Source: Trichoplax adhaerens
Lineage: Eukaryota; Animalia; Placozoa
Length of the DNA: 64,000 nt
Assembly (NCBI RefSeq): GCF_000150275.1
Contig: NW_002060964.1
Coordinates: 858,975 to 922,974, forward strand
Reading direction: 5' to 3'
A program made the position numbers and the translations under genes. Of this stretch, positions 39,501-50,662 are shown piece after piece (within the stretch, counting starts at the first letter, position 1; every line of letters starts with the position of its first letter). The notes under the pieces are model-generated. The model did no database searches, was not told where the DNA came from, and saw only the letters and a list, made by a program, of their open reading frames with translations.

Positions 39501-41813
39501 TGGTCAAGAAAAGATTTGCTTTAATAATGAGTGCCAAAATATAAAATCAGTCTTAAATATCAAAGAATGCAACCCAGCTAACTGCTCTAATCATGGAGTA
39601 AGGATTACATTGATAAGATATTGAAAACTCTCATTTCTATCGGATAGTAGAATCTGATAATAAGAAGTCACGTTTAGTATTCTACACTTTCATTCATTGA
39701 AATGCACCATGTTTCTACTATGATGATAGAAATTTTTCATATATTTATTCTCCAAATTAGATTTGTAACAGTAATGGCAATTGCCATTGCAATGCTGGAT
39801 ATGCTCCTCCTGATTGTAGCCAATCAGGTAATGGCGGTAGTATTGACAGTCATGGAAATCAAACAACTGTAAATCCTAGTGTAGGTTAGTAAAATTTCCG
39901 TCCTTTGCTAGTAATCAGATATTTATGTAGAATCCTGTATAATCGTAACCTTCTTGCACAATTGATTTCCTCCAGTGCCTAGCCAAGTCGTTTCCTCATC
40001 GACATCAACAGTCACAACATCACAGCAAGGTAGCTTTAAAATATTTCATATGTATTAGTGAATGATGCGGATTGGTTAATATTCTAAATGAACTACTTCT
40101 TCATTAATACTTCATGTATAAATTTAAGTCTTTGTACCGTAATACCGTACTAAAGTAAGGTAGCTAAATACTATTTTAAAAATTCTTTAATTTTATTTAT
40201 TTGCGGTCTTTCAGTTTCTTCCAGCCAGGTCCTATCTTCATCTATATCTACTACATTATCGTCGCAGCAAAGTAAGAAAGGGAATAAATATAACAAGATT
40301 ACATCCTATAATGTGTAGCATTAAGAATGAATAGAGTAACATTAGTTCATGGAAATGTTGTTGGATATTATCTCACGGAATAAGTTTTCTGTAGTTACTC
40401 TAGAATACGAGTTTACCAGAAGTTTCATAGTTAGCATCAACATGAAAGATTAAATATTTAATCCAACGGCTTTGAGGCTTCTATTCCACTCTTTTTTATT
40501 TATCTGCATTTGCAGCACCATCGTTGCGAGTAGATTTGGATGCCGTAAATCAAATGCCTACATTATGCGTATACTATGCATCATTCTCGCGATAAATCAG
40601 CTATGACCATTGGATACAGCATTAAATATTTATTTTGCTTACGTCAGATATCTCTGTAGTGTGATGCGGCGAGTTATGTGCAAATTTATTCTTAAACTTA
40701 CCATCTTTACTCACAAATTATCTATCAAAAACACAATTTAAATATTGTAAATTATTTCAGCTATTGCTCAACTAATGGTTGATCTTTTTTGTTGAAGCCT
40801 CTAGTCAAACGCCTACCAGTTCTTCCATTTCAGTAACATCATCTCATCAAAGTAAGAAGCCAGGAAATTTAATTGCGTTTCCTATTAGGATTGATATCTA
40901 AATTGCTATTTCTTGTTAAAATGAAAGTCAAATTTATATCATTTTAAGTTATTGCTGAGAGCAATGCAGAAAATTTAAATATAACAGTCTTGAATATTTA
41001 CAACAACCTTTGAAAATCAGTCAGCACTAATTAAAAGATAATTTGAACTGTTTTAGCATCTTCTTCATCGGTTCATCAAACTACTACAACAAGCTCAGTC
41101 ATAAGTACATACACTACAGCTTTGCTTCTTTCACAATAATTAGAGAAAAAATAATATATATATAGTTAATTAACTGGTTTAAAATCACTTCTATTTACTA
41201 CAGCATCAACTCTATCCTCTACAACATCGCAAAGTACAGGTAGGCCACTAAATGTTAATTTCGTTGTCATTCTACTCTAAAATGATTGTCAACTCCTATT
41301 TTAGCCACAACAGGAATTAATCCTACTAAGGCTACGTCTAGTGAGCCAGCAACATTCACTAGCTCTACCTTTGGTAAGTACAAAAATTTAAAGATACATT
41401 ACCTTACTATAAAACTGGTTGAGATGACTATGATCATCACTGTACCGGTTTAGTAAATTTACTTGGCAATTGCATCTATTTCTTATAGATTTATCACTAA
41501 TCTTAACATCAGAAGCTATCACCAATCAATCGGGTAATTTATTTGAGTGAAATTAGAATATATTCCTTATTAAAAATAGTTGCTTAGTATTCTGGTGTTG
41601 GTTGTACTTAATACTCTTTTTATTATCTGCTGCTTTCGCACATCTATAGAACCAAATGGAACTTTGGCCAATTCGGATGCGACACCTACGATACAGCCAA
41701 GTCCAATTGGAACATTATCAACAGAAACCAGCGATGCAATCAAACTACAGCATCAATCAATGTGGATCCCATTAATCCTGACTTTGTTAACTCTATTGAT
41801 ATTTAAGCCATAA
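33514..41813 (+). CDS. ADAM-family metalloprotease-disintegrin, copy 5, micro-exon-encoded S/T stalk, predicted GPI-anchored
   Basis: Exons 33514-33900, 35421-35777, 37248-37464, 38419-39278, 39412-39597, 39761-39884; micro-exons 39976-40029, 40215-40271, 40798-40851, 41057-41104, 41204-41239, 41305-41373, 41489-41533; last exon 41650-41813. [30 protein letters not shown]; ends ...[30 protein letters not shown]. Confidence 0.9.
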
Positions 41814-42686
41814 GTAAATTATTACTATCATTCCACCTATGGCAATTATTATAATCGTCTAGATAGAATGTAGTAGATAAGCATAACTAACCTATATGAA
41901 GTATACCACAATAGTTTCGAAAATAAACCATTCAAATTAGTCTGGAATTTTTACATTGACTGTACGGTGGTAACATCATGAAATAATACTTTTATCAAGA
42001 TATAGATTTAAATAATAGTATCGCGACAAAAGCATTCTGAAACAAATACATTTTGATTACTCAAACAAGGCTAATGTTGAGAAAATCACTCTTCTATGCA
42101 ATTTTATCATAGATACCGTAGAGTAAAAGTTGCTATTTTATCAATTTTAAAAAGTTTGCATATTAAAATCAGATTCATCATTACTGTAGCTTTTATAAAC
42201 TCTTTCCATTCTGATTTTAATAAGCAGACACTTGTTCGTTACTTAGTTGATGTAGCTATAGGATAATATTTTTGTCTGTTATTTCTAAATAAAAAGCATT
42301 AATTGCCTGATAGAATAATTACGGATAGCTCCTCTTTAAAGAGCTTTAATAACATATTGTACAATGTTCGTTTTAATGCTTTGCATTAATTATAATATCA
42401 GAACCTTTCATAATTTATTTTTATCAGCAGTATCTAATATACCATCAAAGTCTTGCATATTATGAAGTAATCCTCCTACTATTCGATATATCTAATGCAT
42501 TATTACGGCATAGCCAGTTAGTTGAGTATACAGTGAAACATTTGACCCTACTTAAGAATATGAATTTATTGGAATTTGAACTATATTATTATACACGATT
42601 GTTATTACCGGCTGAATTATACATAGTCAGTTATCCCTACGCATATTTTATTTGATTAGGGTATTGGAAATAGGAATTTTGCATGG

Positions 42687-43160
42687 CTAATTAAATTTAC
42701 TTAGTAATTTAGAAAAGTGCTTATTGATTGCATTCACTTGGATGATCATCAAACTAGGCCATTTTTTTGATAAATCTAAAAGTAAGAATTCTTTTCTATA
42801 AGAAACTTTTAGTATCAAATGTGTGGCATTAGATACATAAATGTGATGTAAAATGGATTTTAATGCATTCATAGCTGCTGAGGTAGTTGTTATTACTATT
42901 GCTATTACAACAAAAATAAGACTTGTTGCGTAATCAATGAGCTTTAACATAGCTGGATAATTCATTACATGCACAAATAGCCTTAAACTATCTTATAATA
43001 TAGCAATCTGTTAACAGTAGCTAATACCACTGCTAGCATAATAAATTCCACTTGTAAAATATGGCATCTAACACAGTACATTCCAAAACACCAGCAGCAA
43101 TATACAACAGTACTGCAAGTAAGTTTATTTCTATTTCTCTTATACATACAAGCTGAAAAA
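42687..43160 (-). pseudogene. Possible degraded rhodopsin-type GPCR relic
   Basis: Fragments INLLAVLLYIAAG (TM2-like), FIMLAVVLATVNRLLYYKIV (TM3 D/NRY-like) and IAIVITTTSAAMNA...YRKEF (TM7/helix 8-like) in broken frames. Confidence 0.25.
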
Positions 43161-43434
43161 GATAAAGTCATCATGCAAGTTGACAATCTAAGTAAAGGCT
43201 TTTTGAACTCAATTAAGTTTAGTAACCGTAAGAAGATTACTCAGTTCTAACGAATTTAGGTTCATGTTCTGACTTTGATACTCTAGTAATAATGACTTGT
43301 ATAGGAGTCTCGCCGATTAATTTACCGTAATTGCTAACAGCTTTCTAACAGTTAGACCATTCAATATAGTAAGATTAAATTTTCTGATGAAGTTCAGATC
43401 TAAATTAATTTCGCTCTATAGGTAATAAAAAATT

Positions 43435-46400
43435 TTATATTGCGGTCGGTACTGGTATTTTTTTCGATTTTCTACGGTTAGATTTTAATCTATTTGGTTG
43501 AACCACGGATTGAATATTTTGGTCATTTCGCTGCCAATCTTGATGAAAATCTTGACGAATGATTTGGAACCGGTTTATTAATGCTTTCTTAAATGTTAAT
43601 TTCTAGTCATCGGCAAGAATAAATATCACATTATTGCAACAAACGCCGGTTACCGTAATTAATATAATTATTTTAAACTTTACTCATTTACAGCTACAAT
43701 AAGTTATTGCATCTTCTTACCCTAGTACTGGGGTGGCGAGTATCTTGTACAGCTGCTACAATCCATTCCATTAGAAGGATGACAATACTAAACCCAATCG
43801 TTATAAGCAAGATGTAGAAAATTCCTGCAAGGTTCTCCAGTTTAACTGGCTCAAGCCTTGAAGACGATTGTGCTGTATTGCAAGCTCCACCAAACCTGTC
43901 AATAGAAATAACGGTAGCATATTTAAATCAGCCCCAAATCATGCCATATTAGTATTAGGGTGCGATTGTTGAAAGCTCTAACAGCTCACTCAGGATTTGT
44001 CATAGTATCGATTGATGGTATCTAGACTACATTAGCTATATCCAATTTCCTTCTTACGAGATACATAACATTAATCTCTCTAATATAAGAGCATCCACTG
44101 AACTTGATAGGCGTAAAATAATTTCTAATAAATAAGCCAATTTAGTCGTAGCTTGACTTCATTAGTATCGATTACAATCAGATTAAGCAGCAGCCTTAAT
44201 AATAAATTGATCATAGAATTTAATTTATAGCTCTACTAAATATTATTCCAGTCATCATTAAAACTTATCCTATCGATACTGGGAGACCTATTTCCAATTG
44301 CTACTTAATTAAACCCCAATTTCATCTCGACTCTATCCTATATAATTAACTTACATATGTATTACACCTGCTGACGGTAAGCTCTTGACTTGATTTTAAT
44401 TAATAAAAGGGCTAATTAAGATCTCTAAGCTGATGGTTTTCTTCAAGAGGCTACATCATTTAAGTACAAATACTATACCTATGACGAAGTTAGAGCTCTA
44501 ATTTCAAAATTTAATGATAAAGCAAAATTATCATTAACAGTAGTCTAAAACGCTCCATGTGTTTTAATATCAAGGATACTCAAAATTTTGATGTAGCTAT
44601 CCTCGTGGACAGTTTATAACTATCAACTCAAGCATAATTACCATTTAGCTCGAAGAATATCTAAATAGCCTTCTTCACGCAATTTAAGTACTTGTATGCT
44701 AATTTCTTTCCAATAAAGGGACTCCTTTTGAACAGCTAAAGCGAGGCTATCTTCTTTAAAACTGCCAATTGTAGTTAAATTGCAATTTTTACTTTTTGCA
44801 TAATCTAACGTTGCCGTATCACTTATAAATGCATAAGGTTCAGTTGTGCCAGCTAAAACACGTTCTATTCCTTCCGCAGTATTGGCTACATTTTTCAAAT
44901 GATACTTCATATCTTTATAGGGCGAGATACTGGTATGTAAAAAGAATGTTTCTGTACTTGTGTTTGCCATAACACCATAACTAATGCCTGAAGTCCTAGC
45001 CAAATCTTGTAACGACTCAATGGCTAAGTAAAATTTACAAAAGATTTAAAAAATAAAACTAGTATAAATAAACGAAACATAATGAACTTTCTATCCGTCT
45101 AGTCTAATTAACTCCATAATGATAGAGCTTAGAGTATTAGGCAAACTTACTTGCATGCAAACTATTCACTGTTAAGAATGCAGTTAAATTAGCCGTATAA
45201 GTAGCTATCATGATGACCGAAGCTAGCCACCACATAGCTGTAATTAGGCGTGCAGATATCGATCTTGAAGTTCTTTCAGCCCCTTGAGATAAAAAAGATT
45301 CCAAAGTATACCACAGATTATTGCTAAATGAAAATGCCTCTAATTCGTTTTCCTTTTCAGTCTTCCAAAACTTTCTATCTTCTTCTGCTTGATCAGAATA
45401 GGAGTTTGATCTCTGCAATAATTTAATCTGATCAGCAGCTCTACCGTAATAATCGTATGGGCTTAACCGATTGATGCATGTAGTAACTGCTGCTATAATA
45501 ATTAATGTAATCACGATGCCAATCCAGACTTCAATCCTAAGCGGTAAGAAAGCTTGAAAAACCGAAACTGGTGGATTACTTTCTCGTAATGTTAAGACAG
45601 TTAGTCCTTGGTTAATGTACGGTATGGTAAAGTCTAAGACCTGCTGTCGTTCTGGTGTTATCGACAAAGCTGCTGCAGCAATATCAGCTTCCTGAGAGAA
45701 AAATTATTATAAAGATTCCGTAAAACTAATCGCATTCAATCCGACCGTTAGCTTTATCAAATTAAACGTTGGATAATTTAATCAGGCAATAGCGGATAAT
45801 CTGAATTAATTACGTTCAGCTACCACAGACTCAAAATTGTGCAGTAATTCATGGCAGTTCCTCCGCTATACGGAGGAAATTTAGCTGGTGCCAGGCAATG
45901 TATACTGTTGATTATATAGGATTGAATGCTATCCAATATTACTTAGTAAAAAGTAATACTTCATTATTGTATAATTGCGCCATAAATTAGAGAGCGACTT
46001 ACTCCGATAACAACTTCTCTCACCATACCCGTCCAAACGATAGCACCATATTCATTTCGATTTTGTACCCCATATTGACCATCCGCAACCAATCGAATGT
46101 CATACGTAAAATTCAAATTTTCACTTATACGATCTATTAAATCGATAATGTAGCCATCATAGCGACTATTAGGCGTAGGACTATTTGAATTTTCGATAGT
46201 AAATGGAGGTTCCTGCATTTGTTATCAAATAAATATAAGAACTGCTTAAGTATGATTACAATGATTATTTTCTCACGTATTCAGTGATAAAGTTATTAAC
46301 AACTTAAATACGAGTAAATCAGTAGTATGATTTCCACTACTATATCATAAATAAAAATTTGCACGGATGTATATAATCGTAAACTTTATCATCATTTCAT

Positions 46401-49400
46401 CTCTCTATGTTCGTTAAATATCAATAACAAATCGTCCAAAATATTTTCGTGATATAGCTGACAGTATTAATAGATGCAAAATTTTCCATTCAAGAAAGAA
46501 TTGTAGATGGATAAACTTTAATACAAATATTTAGATAATCGTACTACAACCTGGATAGCTGAGAATGCAGCATTGAAAGCATAGCATTCATTATTGATCA
46601 ATGTCTCCAGATTATACGATATAATGAAAAAGATATTTTAAAAGTTAGAGAAGGGACTTACAATAATAGTCGTAACAATGAGGTTCTTGCCATTTAGAAA
46701 CGAACCTGAATCAATGATATGATTCATTCCATCGAAGAAGTAAATTACATCATCATCAAGATTTAACTTGTGATCACTAGTCCAATCCCCAACCTGATAA
46801 TTGAAGATAAGCTTAATGTAGGTTAGCTGTACAATTCTCCTTCATAAGTTATTATTATTATCGATGTAAAATAAAATGAGGCAATGTTATTATAAGCAAA
46901 TTAAGGATGTAATATACTCTTCAATATTTCTAATGATGACTTATTTTGATCGTATAATACGGTAGAAAATGCGTTACTTTATTGTAAAAATTAATTTTAT
47001 TACTCTCATGTCTCAGATTTCATTGTCTACTGTACGTTACAGCATAATTGCCGATTACCTACAGATTAATTTACGGATAAAATATTAGTTTAATAATAAT
47101 AAATCTGAGAAGCACATACTCCTAAGGGGTATATACTTAGGTAGTTTATTTAGAGAAGAAAAGATTGCATAAATATTAAGAAATGCAACAAATTTGCCGA
47201 CTAATCCGGAGTTGCTTAAATTATCTTTTGCTGTTAATTTAATTGATTGTGGCTAGAAATTTAGCTCTATAATACTTTGGAACTTTCTGGTTTAATTTAT
47301 AAGTTAACTACAAACTCCTGTTTCTCTTAGTCAAAGATTATGGCATTGTTTTCAGTGTCGCTATGGGAGAGCCGTCTAATCTTTTAAAATTACCTTAGCC
47401 CATGTCTGGCCATGCAAATTAACGATATCATAACCAACATTAGCTGGGCCACCATCAGCATCAAAATCAATGGATAGGATAGTTGATGGACCGGATGACT
47501 ATGAATTGTAAAAGAATTACAGGAACTAAAAATTTCGAAATTCTTATTCAAAATTCGCCTTGCAGTTATGAGTTGAATACTATATAGATTCATTGCTCAA
47601 ATAATGCGATGTTTATAAAAAACCAAACTAAGACGCTTTGCATTACAACAGAACACATAGACTTAACTACTATTTTATAGGACTAGCATGCTCCTTAAGA
47701 AGATCAAAGCAGGAGAAATGTAACTTAACTGTTTCTATATAATGAAGATTATGCTGTCGTTTCCAAATTTGAGAACACATGATGTTATTGCACTATGAGT
47801 AATGGTATCTTGAATTATTAGTATCTCCTAATTTATGTCTAGTGGGCAAAATAAAATTTGGTCTGTAATCTTTATGTAGATAGCCAAATAATATTAAAAA
47901 TAATCCATGGCAAATCATCGCATTACATTTTTACGGTCATAACTTAAAATATTGACCTTATCGATATTCATATGCTAGTAAAGGCCTTTATCTGAAGATG
48001 CTTATATTTCAAACATTTGGTATAAATCTTGATTGTGTTCTATCATTCTAACCTCTTTAATTAATTGTAGCATTTCATATCCATCTTTCCAGGGAACAGG
48101 AACTGTTTTAGTGGTACAAGTTAGGTTAGCTGGATTCAATGATAGACCAGCCTTTAGCATCTTTTGGATACCATACCCAGCTGCTAAAACTGCATCAAAA
48201 TACTGCAAATACAAAGACTGCTCGGATAAAGAATGAAATAAAAAATAAATTATGATAAGTCTGTCGTTTTAAATTTTATAGATCAATTTTGTTATTATAA
48301 CTGGAATTAAATTGCTAGCGTAACACTTAGAAAAATATGAAAAAATAACTGCGAATATACATTATTTTTGTGTATTGAATTGTACTAATTATCCTTAATA
48401 TCTCGTAAAGCTAATAATTCTCTTCTCACTTAGGTAAGTAATTATCTTATGTTCAAGTCGTTAATTACCTCAATTGGTTGATTATATTGTCTAAAATATT
48501 TTGCTGTTACATTATGATAAAGCTGTCCGTGATTGCTATAATATCGTAATCCTAGTAAGCCATTTAAGTACGTGGGTAAGTTGGAGGTCTGCGAAACAGT
48601 AAAGAATATCATCACTTTAAAAACTGCCAGAAAGTCATAAAAACATGGCAAAAGATTTGTTTAATGAGTTAGCACTATAGTTTTAATTTTATAAAGTAGT
48701 TAAAGTAGGATTGAAACTGCTATATTGACCTTTATTTCTAGATATTAGCAGGTATAGATATAGAACTCTCTCTCTTACAATACTGTAGGAATTCAAGACA
48801 GATTACTAAAGAAATTAAATGTACAGCTGTATTGATGGTTCTTTTATTTAGAAGGTTATGTAATAAATTCTATAGCAACATGCAAGTGAATCCACAGTAT
48901 TCAAATTAGAGCATGTAGTGTTTATCATCCTATTGATCAGTTAAATTACGACTATCTATTGTCATAGCAATGCGTGCTTATGTGAAAATTAATTTTGCTA
49001 ATTATCAATCATCCGATCGGAAAAGTTTATTTGTACTAATTCAGCGATCAATATTGTTGATGTATACTAAAAATAAACTTTCTTAAGACCTCAAACCTGA
49101 GCATAGTCCAACTAATTTACGATCAAACTACATTATTCTACTGTTGGACAAGCATTAATGCCTATCTGTGCTGTCCAGTACATCGCTCTACCTGCGAAGC
49201 AATAGCATCGGCAGCTATCCAACACCATCCTCGATCAAGCATACCATAAGAACGTGCTTTACTAAATATTTGCATTGCCTGGCTAGCTAAACAGCTAATA
49301 ATAACAATTCTTGTACCTAATAATATTTGCATATATAACGTAATCATGGACAATATCATTATCATGACTATATTATGACAGCAATAACATATTTCAAATT

Positions 49401-50662
49401 ATAAGCAACGTAATATTATTTTCCGTTACTAAACTTTTACAATCGAATAGTGATTTCAGCTAGTTACGGTAGTTGTGATTTTTAAAATATGATGATAAAA
49501 TTGAAATATGTTACTATTGTATATGATGCAGAATAGACGGTTATGCTAAATAATGTAATTATCGATAATGGCCGATATTGGTCTTTATGATGAAATGGTG
49601 CAAAGATAATTTTAAAGTGGGTATAAATGTAGTGTAGAATATTAACTATTGTAAATTGCACAAATATCATTTTAAATTTTATCGAGGAATTATTTAGCGC
49701 ACAATAGAATTTTTAATAAATTTACCTGAATTTTTAATACGACGTAAATGACTTTCAATGTCAACTAAATTTCCTGTGCGATCAATCCTAAATACTTCAA
49801 AAGCAAGAATCCTCCAGGATTTCCTCGATGCTATTTCACGAAATTTGGTCATTGAATTAACGCCTAAAAAATTTAAATTGTCTTATGTTATCGACTGTAG
49901 AATCTTAGCTATGGCTTCATGTTTCACTAATTCCACTAATACGTTTAAAAAAAGCAATTTCGAAGGCGAATAAAAAGTTAATTCGCTCCCAGAAATATTT
50001 TTGAACATTACATTTATAGTCTATTTTATAGCAATGCGATCATACTGGTAGTACCCATCTCTTGATATCTAACCACGATTTATTGTTTGAAAATAATAGT
50101 AAATCTTACCAAAGTCCGTATTAGATGTTAGTATAGTCATTTTTGTCCATCCATAATGGCTGATGATGGATGCAATGGTAGTACTTTCTGTTGTAGCAAC
50201 GGGTAGCATTCGTAATAAGTAATTATAATTGGGATTACGGACTAAGCTTGGGTCTGAAGCTAATGGAGCAATCTGTGGCATATTTAAGGCTGAACAAGCA
50301 AATTGTGTCCCTTTTGTTGCACTAGACACTACTGGCCCTATAATCACCATAAGCTCTTCCTTCATAGCATTGCAAGCTAGATTAAATGCAAGTTAAAAGA
50401 GAGCATAAATAGGAATATTCATAGCCAATGGAAGTTCGTTCAATAAGTATAACATGTAGTAGTAGGATACTGAAACGAAATTGATCAATTAATTTACCAC
50501 TTTGAAAATTATCATAAGGACTGTACAGATCTGTATGATAATACAAGGCAGACAACTTAGTTTGATTTAAATCAATTTGAGGAATTTCATTTCCATTAAT
50601 CATATCGATTGCTAGTTGGACTGCCCGCTCTAGCTTTATATAATCCGGTGGCAGTAGAACCC
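43435..50662 (-). CDS. Ionotropic glutamate receptor-family subunit A (non-NMDA-like, possibly Epsilon subfamily); signal-peptide exon not located
   Basis: Exons (5'->3') 50662-50498, 50376-50110, 49863-49726, 49316-49192, 48588-48469, 48217-48053, 47498-47394, 46793-46662, 46212-46003, 45691-45151, 45023-44642, 43895-43721, 43602-43435. ATD (VIIGP, MPQIAP, HYGWTK), S1 (GYIIDL, DGQYG, LSITPERQQVLDFTIPY), M1-M2-M3 (RSISAR, TYTANLTAFLT), S2, M4 (LENLAGIFYIL), tail ...PVPTAI*. Confidence 0.95.

Noticed and set aside
41813-43435. Functional ADAM-iGluR operon (protease shedding the receptor)
   Set aside because: The genes are convergently oriented independent tandem arrays. Adjacency in a compact animal genome is not evidence of shared function.
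45176-45202. Natural lurcher mutation
   Set aside because: The Thr is at motif position 7, not the lurcher position 8. It is reported instead as a related gate variant.
45858-45878. Intronic hairpin ttcctccg-ctata-cggaggaa as an RNA-editing element or Helitron end
   Set aside because: The stem is only 8 bp, it is not complementary to the M2 exon, and no supporting element boundaries were found.
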